A DNA stretch of 63,278 bases, filler included, from Olpidium bornovanus S191 (GCA_017911155.1; 30 parts of 30 records of this genome joined end to end with filler, not necessarily neighbours in it); one strand, 5' to 3'. Shown: positions 1 through 11,573, counted from the first letter of the whole stretch. Notes: generated from the letters alone by a model not told the origin. Program-made: numbers and translations.

Positions 1-77
1 CAGTGTACCCCGCACCGGCCTCTCCCCCCTTCCCTCCCCCAACCCAACCCCCCACCAACCCCTTGCCCCGGTTCTCC

Positions 78-113
<36 letters not shown>

Positions 114-447
114 TCCGCGTCCGCGCCCACCGCCGGCATCATACTCAGCAGTATCCTGGACGGTCATACGCGGAACGACGGCGCGAGGCCCGCGACGGCG
201 GCATCGCAGCGCGCGAAAACGTGTCCGGGCTATTTACGGGATTGTCTTTTCGCTAGGAGACCACCCCGCCCTCTTTTCCCCCCCTCCCTTCCCCCCCGTC
301 GAGGAGGTGGTACGAAGCGGGGAGAGGGAATATTGGTCGAGTGGTGGATAATGCTCGCACGAAAACGTTTGATCCGGTGGTCACGGCCGCGTTCCTTCGG
401 GGCAGAAACGTTCGACTGCGGTTTGAGCGGACGTTCCAGAAGCTGTT

Positions 448-2898
448 ATGCCTGCTTGCCACCGTGCGGACCGTTTTGTTCTGCAAATCCCACCGCACAC
501 AGTTTACAACTTGGCTGATCGGGCCAGGCGGGGGTGGGGCTTTTGCCGCTCGAGTGCGCTGCTCTTCAGTTCCCGGCCTCCGCGCGGGGCGCAGGGCCTG
601 CGGCCTCCGGCTCCCCAAGCGGGCTTTCCGTCGGGGCGCGCGCGCGGGACCTGCTCGTCTCGATCGCTTGCGAGCGTTCTGGCGCGCGAGGCGGGGGGCG
701 GAAGGCGACGCTCGCCGGTGACGCTTTGCTCCCCGCCGGAGGGAGGAGAGCCGGGAAAAGAAGAAAAAAAAAAAAAAAAGAAAAAAAACGCGCGCCCGGG
801 AAGAGCCCCCCTCTCCGCAGGAGAAGAAGAACCCCGTGGCAATGCCCACCGGACGCAGAGGAGCCGCGCCGGAAGGCGGCGCCGGCGCGAACGCGCGCCC
901 GTCTTCCTGCCGCCTCGCCTGGGACGAGGGGGCCGAGCTGCCCGTCGACCGGGCGCCCGAGTTCCCGCCGCCCGCGCGTGTGGACCGCGCGAGGAGCCTT
1001 CTGGACTGCGGCAGCCAGCCCGGGGAGAGGGTCCCGTGGAGCTCGCAGGAGGACCGGCGCAGACCCGAGGGCTGCGCGGACGCGGAGGCTGCGGCGGCGC
1101 CGTGGCTGCTTCCGCCCTCGTCGTTGTCGCTCTTCTTCACCGCGCCCGCGTCGTTCATGGACGACCGGCCCGCACACGGCACCGCCGGCGGCGCAACGGG
1201 CGACGAGGAGGACGATTACTGGGATGAGGAGGACGACATCGGAGGCTGCTCCGGGAAGGGCCGGGGGCTTTTCCTCACCCAGGCAGATGTCCACCCGATT
1301 CCGATGCCGGACGGGACGCCCGTCGGCGGCAGCGTCTGGGCCCAGAGAAGCGGCGGCTTCCCGGCGGCCGGGCAGTATACCACGTTGACCGGCGAGAGTC
1401 CTGACAGCCGCCGCCGCAACAAAGCGGTGGTCAAGCGGGAGGCTTGCGACCCGCGCAGCGAAAAGGGGATGGTCGGGCGGTCGGAACGGAGGGCCAGGAT
1501 TTCTGGGTTCATGGGTGCCGCGGAGAAGGACGAGCACGTATCGGGGACGTCGACTTCCGGCGACGAAATCGACGACCCTGTCACCGGACGGAACGCAAGA
1601 GCGCGGCAGGGGACCGGGCTGCTTTGCCCCGACTGCGCCGCGAACGGGATCCCGAAGAAAACTCGATACCCGCACGGCGGGAAGGCCGCGTCTACCGTCC
1701 GCGTCGACCCCCGGAAGAGCGACGCGCGACCCGCGGTCGCCACTTCGCCGCTGCCTGTGCCGCCGCAGGACGTCGTCGCGGTTCTTTCGCCGGCGTCGGC
1801 GACTGATAGCCCAGCGGGCGGAGTCAAGGGTCGGCGCGTCGCTCGGGCACCGTCTCGGTCCCAGAGCCCGAGCGACCGCATCGTCCGTAGCTTCCTGCTT
1901 GCCTCTGTCGACGACGCCATGGAGGTGGAGGGAGAGCAAACGCGGCCTCCTTGCCCGGCCGACTTCGAAGATATGGTCGAGCAGCAGGACCAAGACCAGG
2001 ACGATGAGCTAGTGCGAGAGCAGGAGAAATTGCAGGTGCAGGATCAGCTGAAACTGCAGCCGGAAGGCAGGGCGGCTGCGGCGTCGGCGGAAGTGGCGTC
2101 GGAGGTACACCTGCAAGAGGAGGGGCGGACTAGAAAAGGTGAGATCGGGAAAGCTTTTTGGCGGCGAATTCACTGTAATCCGTTTTAAAACCGGTGCCTA
2201 CTTCCGTTCCCGGTTCCGCGGTCGCCGGGAAAGAACGCTCGGTAGCAGATGACGACGAGGATGAGGAAACAGAGGAGGATACGCGTCCGCTGCTGGAGCG
2301 CGTCCGGATCAGAGAACTGCCGGAGCGGTATGCGAAGCGAGGAGGAACGGCGGCGGCTCCCTCCCGACCGGCGGACGCCGCCGACGGCAGGTCGGCGGCT
2401 ACGCCGTACTGGACGCGGGCGCGGGCGGCGGCGGAGAAGGGGGAATCGCAAGACGACGTGGCGAAGCAGGGCGACAGCGCGGCCGCGAGCCCCTCTCTTG
2501 CCGGCAACTGGGGCGCGACGGCAGGCGGCAAGCGGAGGGCGGATTGGGACGCCGCGCAGCCCCACCAGCAGTCCGCCAAGAAGCGCCGGACCTTTCAGCC
2601 TGCCGCCGCCGCCAAGACGACGACTTCCAAGCCGGTGCCGCCCGGCCAGCGGCGGCCCTTACGCAACCCGTGGACGGAAGACGAGGCCAGGTGCCTCGTC
2701 GAGGCGGTGGAGGCGCACGGGCCGGCGTGGGCGTACATCCTTAGCCTGCACGGGCGCGCGGGCACCGTCAGCCGCCAGCTCGCCGGGCGCGGGCAGGTCC
2801 AGCTCAAGGACAAGGCGCGCAACATCAAGCTCGCGCGGATCCGGACCGGACAGCCGCTCGGCCGGTTCGAGACCGTCAGCGGGCACTGCAACGAGTGA
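448..2898 (+). CDS. Telomere-repeat-binding (TRF/Tbf1/Taz1-type telobox) Myb-domain protein, spliced; 5' end uncertain
   Basis: The C-terminal segment RNPWTEDEARCLVEAVEAHGPAWAYILSLHGRAGTVSRQLAGRGQVQLKDKARNIK matches the telobox Myb pattern (W..EE...L...G..W..IL...R.QV.LKDKARN). Intron 2139-2248 (GTGAGA...CAG) joins ORF 836-2188 to ORF 2194-2898 in phase 1. Intron 718-820 (GTGACG...GCAG) joins the frame of ORF 448 in phase 0. The middle of the protein is long, acidic and low-complexity. Confidence 0.7.
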
Positions 2899-3027
2899 AG
2901 AAAAAAAAACGTCTTACCCCTTCTATCGGAACGGACGAAAGAAAACAAAAGATAGAAAAGCGCCGTCCTGCGGCGACGGGCGGCGGCGGGCGCACGGGGG
3001 GTGGTCGGAAGGGGGGCGGGGACGGAT

Positions 3028-3058
<31 letters not shown>

Positions 3059-3067
3059 GGGCGGGGA

Positions 3068-3167
3068 NNNNNNNNNNNNNNNNNNNNNNNNNNNNNNNNN
3101 NNNNNNNNNNNTTAATTAATTAANNNNNNNNNNNNNNNNNNNNNNNNNNNNNNNNNNNNNNNNNNNN
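3068..3167. other. Artificial contig-joining spacer (first of 29)
   Basis: 44 N + TTAATTAATTAA (stops in all six frames) + 44 N. Identical spacers start at 3068, 5572, 6767, 7971, 11605, 13109, 14967, 17342, 19279, 21838, 23660, 26500, 28310, 32315, 33879, 36142, 37303, 38842, 40253, 42160, 44263, 45709, 47101, 49086, 50672, 53104, 55380, 60380 and 61503. Confidence 0.99.
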
Positions 3168-3172
3168 AGCGG

Positions 3173-3207
<35 letters not shown>

Positions 3208-3699
3208 GGGGGGGTTTCTCCCCCGCCCGCTGGGTCATTAACCCTGGGGGGGGGGGGGGAGGACGACGAGCAACGAGCAAAATACCAAGTAGAGTGCCCG
3301 AGTTATCGAACACTCCGTCCGAATCTCCACTCCTCGATACGCGGCTATGCGCCTTCTCCAACTACGACTCCTGGTCATTATCCAGATTCGTAAATAATTC
3401 TCCAGAGGTCCTCGAATTGATTTTGCCGATTTTTTTTCCACAACGTGTATAGGCACGTCAAAATAGCTGTAAGCGAGCCAGGAGTGCCGGGGTTTCGAAT
3501 TACATTGACGTGGAGGTCGTTGACGGCGGGGTCAGGAGAAAAGAAGCCAGGAACGACGGCCTTGGGTTTAAAACCTATGAGGGAAAGGTTTGACAGGGAC
3601 AGCGCCGTTCTGGTTCTTTGTAGTTGGTTGTTGTGGGCGTTGATATATTGGTGAAAACGCCTCGTAGAGAACTACGAATATTCACGGGACACTAATTAA

Positions 3700-3995
3700 T
3701 AGATTCCCTATTTGCAGTTTTGAGATCTAAACTCAATCCGGATGGCACGGTGAAACGGTATAAAGAATGGCTTGTCACCCCAGATGCACCCGACGCCAAG
3801 GGATATACTTCAACAAAACTTCTGCATTTTTCGTTTCCTACCCTGTGTTGTGTCTTTCGTTTTTGCGCTGGAACCATTCAAATCTCCTACATTACGTCGA
3901 CTGATAACACGGCGGACATCCTCACAAAAAATCTGCCGACACTAGCCTTCAGGCTCCATTGTGAAGACCTTGGGCCCGTCTATTACCGCCTGTGA
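3700..3995 (+). pseudogene. Ty1/copia pol remnant: start of RT fused to end of RNase H (large internal deletion)
   Basis: RSKLNPDGTVKRYKEWLVT resembles the copia RT start (K.NPDG.V.RYKARLVA). About 35 codons later comes the RNase H tail GTIQISYITSTDNTADILTKNLPTLAF. Confidence 0.8.
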
Positions 3996-4274
3996 CCTCC
4001 TTTTTCTATTTCTCGTTTAGCCATTCGTGAATGCCTGTATTCCTGCGCAGATGGCCCGTTGCACAAGATTTCTTTTCTCCTTTTTTGTTTCATTATGCTA
4101 ACTTCTTTCCCCGCCCAGCACTATTTTCCTTCAAGCTGCCATAGCCGGCAATTTCTGATAAGGCTGCTTTTTTACGCATTTTTGCCTCTCGCACTCTGCT
4201 TTCTTCTGTTTGTTGTCCTATTTGCGTCCTTCTCCTCTCGCGACATTTGCCCTTCGGTCGCCTTCAGTCACGCC

Positions 4275-4300
4275 GAGGGGTGCTGTAATGGTGGTAGGGT
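4275..4300 (+). mobile_element. Possible PPT plus start of the 3' LTR of the preceding copia remnant
   Basis: GAGGGG followed by TGCTG downstream of a pyrimidine-rich 3' region, the same layout as the clearer PPT-TGTTG junctions elsewhere in the window. Confidence 0.3.
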
Positions 4301-5671
4301 ACCCGTTCCCGCACCGGGGATACGAAATAGTATAATGCGCGCAGGTCCAAGACTACAAAAAATTTAAGGCGTGCAATGGCGATCTCATTCGGGGCAGTTG
4401 AAAAAACAAAGCAAACGGGCTCTGTTGCAGAACGCGGAGGCCTGGACGCGTTCACGTCCACGTACACACGTTCCACGCGGAGGGATGACTTGCCGGAGGG
4501 GAATGTTCATGCGTAGCCGGCACGTCCAAGTGATGATACACTCTGGGAGGGGACGGGGCTTGGCGAGGAGCTTGGAAGGAAGAGTGCGCGCAGCGAGCGA
4601 GGCGGAATCGCCGAAATTTTGGGGAACGGGAACGGTGCTGGTAGCCGGGAAAAGCAAGCTGCGGGGCGTTTCCTTTGGGCCCCGGCGAAGGGGTGGAAAG
4701 TCATGTTTGGCCCGACGCGCGGAGGCGGACATGCGAGCGCCGAGGTGAGCTCTCCCCCCCCCCTTCTCCTCTTTTCCTTTCCCCTCTCCACCCGCCTCGG
4801 CCGCCCGTTCGGAAGGGGCGGCGAAATGAGCCAACGAGAGCCGAGGTGACGCCGCCCAGGAGCGATGGTGCTTAGTCAGGCACGTGACGATGCGCGTGTC
4901 TGGGACAACGATTTCACGCGGGACGGCGACGAGTACACAGTTGTGGGAACCCATGTTTTTGGGGGCTGGAGGGTGGGATTCCTGATGCACATTGAAGGAG
5001 GCAGCCTACTGGGACCGTTTGGGCGGCATCGAAGATGAGGGGCGGAACCACTATAACCAACGCACGGGAGCCACACGGATGTGCTTTGAGAGCAGCACTT
5101 TAAAGCAAACGGGTCGTCGGAATCACAAAAACCAGCAAAAACATCGGATCAGGGAATGGAGGATCATGCCGATGTAAAAAAAAAGAAAGAGTGCGTTGGT
5201 GCAGACCATCCTATGCCAGTGAGCATGGGTTGAAAAAGGGAAAGGGAGGCCCCATTCCAATGAGCCCCCGCAGGGAGAAACAATAACAGCCCGAGGACAA
5301 AGCTGGGAGCGCAAACGATATGAGGTCTGTGCAGATTTGCAGCAGACTGGCGAGTGCTATTGATCCTGGGTGGAAGTGTGCCTATGTCCAAAAGCGCGTT
5401 GCTTTCCTGATGCTGCCTTTCAAGACACCAACGACAGGCCCTGTTCGTCGGCATGCGTCGGCACGAAACGACGGTCGACAATAAGCAATGGCAATGTGAA
5501 GAGACACAACGCGTTTTGAGTTGACCTTCCAGTGGCGGACCGGACAACGGCATTGTAAGCATTCAGCAGACNNNNNNNNNNNNNNNNNNNNNNNNNNNNN
5601 NNNNNNNNNNNNNNNTTAATTAATTAANNNNNNNNNNNNNNNNNNNNNNNNNNNNNNNNNNNNNNNNNNNN

Positions 5672-6600
5672 CGCGCTGGGCCTCGTTGAAGGTCTTAGCA
5701 CCAAACCGTGCGGGCTGGCGGTCTACCCCCGCCCCCTGAGAGATCACCCAACCAGCGGCATGGGGCCCCGCGTCGACCGTGAGGTAGACAGGTCCCGCCG
5801 CAGCCTGATAGTCCAACTCCCGGAGGCAAGGAGCCGCTGAAACCAGGTTTTTTAACTCGTCCATCGCCTCGTGGCACGCGCTGTTCCAATCCCAAGGGGC
5901 CCCTTTTCGGAGCAGCGAGTAAAGCGGCTCCGCCACCTCCGCGAAGTGAGGAATGAAGGCACGATACACACTCACCGCTTCCAAAAATCGCCTTAGCTCC
6001 TTGACCGTCGAACATGGCCGAATCGCCGTGACTCCCAGGGCCTTGCGCTCATCGATCCGCTTCCCGTAAGGCCCACACCGGAAACCCAATAGCATAATTT
6101 CACGTACCCCGAAAGCTGACTTAGCTCCCGAGAAAGTGAGTCCCACTTCCTCTACTCGTGCCAGAATCTTTTCTACGTCCGCAATGTGGTCTCGGACAAA
6201 CGCCCTGATTCCTGGCGCAACCTCTGACGCAGCCTCCTCCCCTGCTGCTGCTCCACGCATGGGGAAATCGTCGACGAACGGCTGGACAATATGCGTGATG
6301 AATGGCTCAAAAACCGAGTTCCCGGCATTGACCACGTGGGCCACCAAGTTCGTGCCACCTTGTGGTACAACAGCCATGCGCAGAAGCCCATACGACGTCT
6401 GCACAGCCGTTAGATCCCGGCTGTTCTGCTCCAATTGGAACTGATCGTACCCGCTGTATAAATCAGCAAAACTGTAGATAGCTCTGCCGGAGAATCCATC
6501 AATGATGTTTTCGATCCGCGGCCCCACGCTCGCATTCCTGATGGTAACTGCGTTCACCGGCTGACAATCTTGAATGAATTGCAACCCTCCATCCTTTTGT
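5672..6600 (-). mobile_element. Ty3/gypsy pol fragment (reverse transcriptase to RNase H)
   Basis: Open frame with FIQDCQPVNAVT, ADLYSGYDQ, MAVVPQGGTN, an FVDD catalytic motif, LGFRCGPYG, PLYSLLRKGAPWDW and YLTVDAGPHAAGWVISQ. Confidence 0.93.
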
Positions 6601-6866
6601 GGTTTGGTTTTTGTGTTTTGTTTATTTTGGGATTCGGGCGGTAAGTACTTTGAGGGCAGTGAGGGCTTGAGTACCAACACCCCCCCGCAAGTCCGAGTCC
6701 ACAGAACAGGAAGGGAGAAAAGATGTCTCAAGCAAAAAGGAAAAAAAGAGTAGGATTCGGCGGTAANNNNNNNNNNNNNNNNNNNNNNNNNNNNNNNNNN
6801 NNNNNNNNNNTTAATTAATTAANNNNNNNNNNNNNNNNNNNNNNNNNNNNNNNNNNNNNNNNNNNN

Positions 6867-7970
6867 ACCTCGCGATAACGTCAACAGGCGGACTCGGACG
6901 TGCGCGAGACGAGGTCAGCAAACAACGTTTCCGCCCGTAAACGTCGAGACGATGATATTAACGGGCGTAAACGTTTATAGATTCATGTGCGAGCACGCGC
7001 CCGACTGAACGCCTTTCTCGGGCTACCCGACCCCCAGCGCAGGCCGACCGTGTGCGCTGTTACAGCGCGCATTCTGTTCGCGTCCCGCCTGGCAATCCAA
7101 TGGCAACTGCAGGATTATCGGGAGTTGACAGTGGCCGCCGAACGGGAGAAGGCGCGGTGGGGGCGCGACGGGCGCCGGGGGCCGGAACCGCCTAACGCGT
7201 CCAGTCGGATGAGTTCCGCGCCGCATCTCGCAATCTGCTCCACGTCGCTCCCGAATTTGGATCGCAGGGAGCAAAATTGGGAAGTGGTCGCCGTCGACGA
7301 AGGTGCTTCTGAACGTCTGACATTTACGCGCGTTAACGTCTGCCCCGCGTGACATTTACGCGCGTTAACGTCTGCCCCGCGTGACATTTACGCGCGTTAA
7401 CGTCTGCCCCGCGTGACATTTACGCGCGTTAACGTCTGCCCCGTGTGACATTTACGCGCGTTAACGTCTGCCCCGCGCGATGTTAACGCGCGGAAACATC
7501 ACCTCGCCGAAAGGCCGACAAGTAGCGGATCACAACGTCGCTGATATAGTCCAGCCAGAACTCGACGGTGTCGCCCGGACCTTCCGCTCGCTCATAAGTT
7601 CGGCGAAACTCACCATTGTCGCCGCCGCCGATCTCGACGCGCCGAGTTTGAAGGCCCTTTTCCCGCAAAAGGAGTGGACGAATCCGTTAAAGGCGATGCT
7701 TGTGATCAACGAAGGGGCGGAAGGCGCTCTCCACCAGCACCAGGTCGTCAACGTGCCGACGTTGCACAGCGCCACGGCCATCCTGCACGTGCTCCTCGCC
7801 GCGGGAAAACGCGTATTTGTGCCGTGCGCTACGGTCGCATTGGTTTCCGCCGTGACGGAATATGTCGCTCGGTGGTTCCCGACTTTGCGGGTTCTGGGTC
7901 TGCACAGGGGCTCTCCCGCGGACCTGAAACGACCGCTGGCGGGCGATGACCCGGCGGGATGGCTGCGCGG
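6867..7970 (+). CDS. Candidate SF2 helicase of the herpes UL9 / replication origin-binding protein type, partial, with two predicted introns
   Basis: Motifs occur in UL9-like order: degenerate Walker-A-like ITSTGGLGRA, motif Ia-like VCAVTARILFA, AICSTSL, motif II VAVDEGAS, motif III-like IVAAADLD, and LLAAGKRVFVPCAT...RVLGLHRGS. Predicted introns 6914-6980 (GTCAGC...TAG, phase 0) and 7315-7513 (GTCTGA...AAG, phase 1) keep one frame. The similarity is recalled from memory, not computed. Confidence 0.5.
6924..6975. repeat. Inverted pair of a 22-bp motif (hairpin)
   Basis: AACGTTTCCGCCCGTAAACGTC (6924-6945) and GATATTAACGGGCGTAAACGTT (6954-6975) match at 18/22 positions as inverted repeats, with an 8-nt loop. 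Confidence 0.85.
7318..7500. repeat. Five 32-bp tandem repeats plus one inverted copy of their 22-bp core
   Basis: The unit TGACATTTACGCGCGTTAACGTCTGCCCCGCG starts at 7318, 7350, 7382, 7414 and 7446, with one substitution among the copies. The core GACATTTACGCGCGTTAACGTC is itself an 18/22 palindrome. An inverted copy lies at 7479-7500. Confidence 0.97.
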
Positions 7971-9234
7971 NNNNNNNNNNNNNNNNNNNNNNNNNNNNNN
8001 NNNNNNNNNNNNNNTTAATTAATTAANNNNNNNNNNNNNNNNNNNNNNNNNNNNNNNNNNNNNNNNNNNNCATGTTTGAAATGTGACGCCTTTTTCACAC
8101 AACGGCTCCACCTTTTCGATTATTTCATCCCTTGGGCGCTGACGGGCGAACCCACCGCCCCTCCCCCCATCTCGCTCCGTTTCGTTTAATTGGAATTCGG
8201 TGTCGTCCGGTTTTTTTTTCAGTATAATTCGGCGGAAACCCCTCTTTTTTCTCACCGCAACCCACGTTCGAGGGGTTGGAACGGGATCCCCTGACAGATT
8301 TCAAGGGCCCGGTCGGGGTCGTCCAGCCGGTTGATTTAAACTTTTTTATTTGAAATTATCTGCGGATCTTTGGAAAATTCGCCGGCAGGCGGAGGGCCGC
8401 GGAGATTAACGACATACCGCCGGGAAACGCGACTTCGGGGAAGGGGGCGTTGGCTCCAGACGCGTGGGGTGGTAAGAGTGCGCGGCGGTGTGGTTGGGGC
8501 GGAGAGGGAGGGGGAGGAGGAGGAGGGGGGAGGGGGGACACGCCGACGCCCGCACGCGCGTTGTTTTTATCTGTTGTACACTTAAAAATGTAGAATAGAA
8601 TCGGGGCCGTGGATTGTGTGTGCTGTGTGTGCGCGCGCGGCGGCTGCTCCGCCCGCGCCAGACGGGCGAGGAAAACATAAAAAAAAAACAATCAAAAAAA
8701 GTCCTCATAACGCGAAGGCGGCACCGCCCGACGCGGCCGCGGCGGCGAGAACCAGGGGCGCGGAGCCGCGGAGGCCGTCCGCGCCGGAGGCCAAAGGCGG
8801 CGCCGACGCCGCCGCGGGCGCGGGCCCGGCGGCGGGGTGGGCGCCGGAGGAGGAATCGCGCCCGGGCGGCGCCGGTGCCGCCGCGGCGACAATGTTGCCG
8901 CACGACACGCGGGCGCCGTCGGCGGCGTGCACGACCACGGACCGGCCGACGACGAACCTGCCCGGCTCCGACGGGTCGGCCATGCCCGCTTCCGGATCCG
9001 TCACGGTGAACGGGAAGGTGGCGTTCTCCGGATAAACGGCGCCGAACTTCCCTGTTTCCGTCGCCCGGGGGGGGGGGGGGGGGGGGGGGGGGGAAGGGCG
9101 CGCGTCAAACGGGGTGCTGCTGGGCGGTGTGCCCTGCGGCCGCGCGGGCCTGGTCTTCCGTTACGCGTCACGGGCGGCGAACGAAAAGGGGGAGGGGAAA
9201 AAGCTGCCCCCGAGGCGGAGAGCGCGCGCGGATC

Positions 9235-11339
9235 ATGCACGCCGCGAACCACCACTATCGCTACGGCCCGTCGCAGCACCAGCAGCAGGTGCATTACGGC
9301 AAGGGGAGGCTGGTGGTTGGCGGCGGGCTCGGAGGAGGAGGAGGGGGAGGCCTCGGGTTGGCGAACGGGAGCGGGAGGGGCGGCGCGAGGAGGCCGTTCT
9401 CGTTCCTGTGCATCGCGGCCACGCTCTCCGTGTCGCTCGCGTTCTTCTGTTACACCTGCTACTATTACGCGGCGCTCGGCCCGTCCGCAGGCGGCGGCGG
9501 CGGCGGCGTCGCGGCGTCCGACGGGGGCCGGCGGAAGCTCGCGGCGGGGCCGGGCGGCGACCTCCCCGCCGGCGCGTCCGGAGAGGACGCGCCCGGGGGC
9601 GGCGGGACTTTGCCGCCGCCGCCGCCTTGGATGCAAGATCGGGCGGCCGGCGGGCGTTGGGCGCCGCTTTCGGGGTCCGGCGGCCGCGGCGACGACGGCG
9701 GCCTGCGCGACCGGTACGTCCCGCCGCCCCCGTCCTACATCAACACGGCGATCCTCCGGCCGCTGCGCCCGTCCCGGCCGGTTCTCGCCCCGGACGAGCC
9801 GGCGGACGACGGCGACCGCGACCTGCCGCCGCCGCCGCCGGCGGAACCCCCCTTTGCCGGCGCCGACGCGGATTCCGCGCCGGACGAGGAGGCCGGAGTC
9901 CTCCCGGAAGATCTGGCGGGAGGGGGCGGAGAACCTCCGTCCGCCGGCGGCCGCGCCGCGAGCGACAGCGAAGACGAGGCCCTCTCGCCGGAAGCGCTGG
10001 CGCGGTTCCACCCCCGGACGCGCGAGCTTGCCGACCACGTGAGCGCGCTGGGCGAGGTCCTGGTGACGCTGAGGCGCGACGCCGAGATCGCCCGCCGCAA
10101 CGACACGGTTTTCTCGGTCACGCTCAAGCCCCAGGTGCCGCCCTCGGGCGACGTGCACGACTACCTGTCCCTCGCCCGGTACTTTTGGCCGAACCCCGAC
10201 ACCCCCGACGGGCTGCCCTACGTCAAACGGGATGGTCACCCCAACCCGGAAATGGTCCGCGCCATCTCTCTTCCTCCCGCTCTTTTTCGCGGTCTTCCCT
10301 TTCTTTTCTGCTCCGGTCCTTTTCCGGACGCGGAAAAACGCGCGGGGTTTAAAAATGGAATGGGGGCCGGCCTGACTTCTCGGGGTGCCCCTCCCGGCCC
10401 CCGCCCCCCCCCCTCTCCGTCCTCGCGCAGGAGACGGTGCATGACTACCGCATGCTGCGCGCGGTATTGAAGGACGTGAATACCCTCGGGCTGGCTTACT
10501 TCTACTTCCGCGACGAGCGGTACGCGCTGAAGGCGATGGACCGGATCGAGACGTGGTTCCTCGATCCGAAGACCCGAATGAACCCCAACCTGAATTTCGC
10601 CTCGCTGACAAAGGGGTCGAAGATGGGACGCCGCATGGGCGTGTTGGACATGTACCCGGCGTACCGGATGTTCAGCGTGCTGCCGTTCCTGGCGGCCTCC
10701 CCGAACTGGAACCCGGCCATCCTGACGGGGGTCAGGGAGTGGTACGGCGAGTACTACGCCTGGTTGACGACGTCGCGGCTCGGCATCCTTGAGCAGAACG
10801 GGCACAACAACCACGGCACGTTCTGGGACGTGCAGGCGCTCGGGATCGCGCTGTTCCTGGGGAAGCGGGAGGACGCGGCGCGGATCGCCGACCGGGCGCG
10901 AAAGAAGCGGCTGGAGGCGCAGATCCGCGCGGACGGCCTCCAGTGGGCGGAGGCGGAGCGGCCGACGTCGTGGTTCTACTCGCTGCTGAACCTGCAGGCG
11001 CTGATGCTCGTCGCGAGCTTCGCGGACGTCGTCGGCGTCGACCTCTGGCACCACGTCAACGCCACCACCGGCGAGGGCTCCATCAGGGCCGCCGTCGACT
11101 ACCTCCTCCCGCACGCCCTCGACGGCGGCCGGAACTGGCCCTTCCGCAACACCGGCGATTTCGACGCCCGCGACTTTGTCCGCGAGCTGGAACTCGCCTA
11201 CGTCGTGTACCGCGACCCAAAGTACCTCCGCGCCGTCGACGTCCTCCGGAAGCGCGACGCCGACCAGGGGAAAATCGACAAGTCGCAGTACCTGTGCCAG
11301 CTCGGCATTCTCACCCGCGGAAACCTCTGGATCTGCTGA
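9235..11339 (+). CDS. Alginate lyase family (PF05426-type, alpha/alpha toroid) polysaccharide lyase with an N-terminal membrane anchor
   Basis: SGDVHDYLSLARYFWPNPDTPDGLPYVKRDGHPNPE, WFLDPKTRMNPNLNFA, catalytic-type NNHGTFWDVQ and RPTSWFYSLLNL. Intron 10255-10430 (GTCCGC...GCAG, phase 0). Hydrophobic FSFLCIAATLSVSLAFFCYTCYYY near the N-terminus, followed by a Pro/Gly-rich stalk. The start codon is uncertain. Confidence 0.9.
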
Positions 11340-11480
11340 AGCCCGGGAGATCGAAAGGCCGGCCGTTTGTGTTTGTCGAGGCGCACCCCCCCCTTTTTTG
11401 GTCTCCGTTTTCAGTCCCGTTTCGCCCGTTCTGCTTTTTCATTTGATTTTCTTTTGGTTTTTTTCCGGCGCTTTAAGCTC

Positions 11481-11482
<2 letters not shown>

Positions 11483-11573
<91 letters not shown>

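Noticed and set aside
566-1993. Long antisense or alternate-frame ORFs (also 9001-10611, 8837-10042, 30149-30853, 54265-54924 and many more)
   Set aside because: These are shadow ORFs caused by high GC. They are Arg/Pro/Gly/Ala-rich and overlap genes with clear motifs.
3112-3123. TTAATTAATTAA recurring 29 times as a biological motif
   Set aside because: It is always centred in exactly 44+44 N and is a six-frame-stop concatenation linker. ORFs ending in X-runs or LIN are artefacts.
7318-7477. 32-bp repeats as a CRISPR array
   Set aside because: The units are directly adjacent with no unique spacers, there are no cas genes, and the context is eukaryotic.
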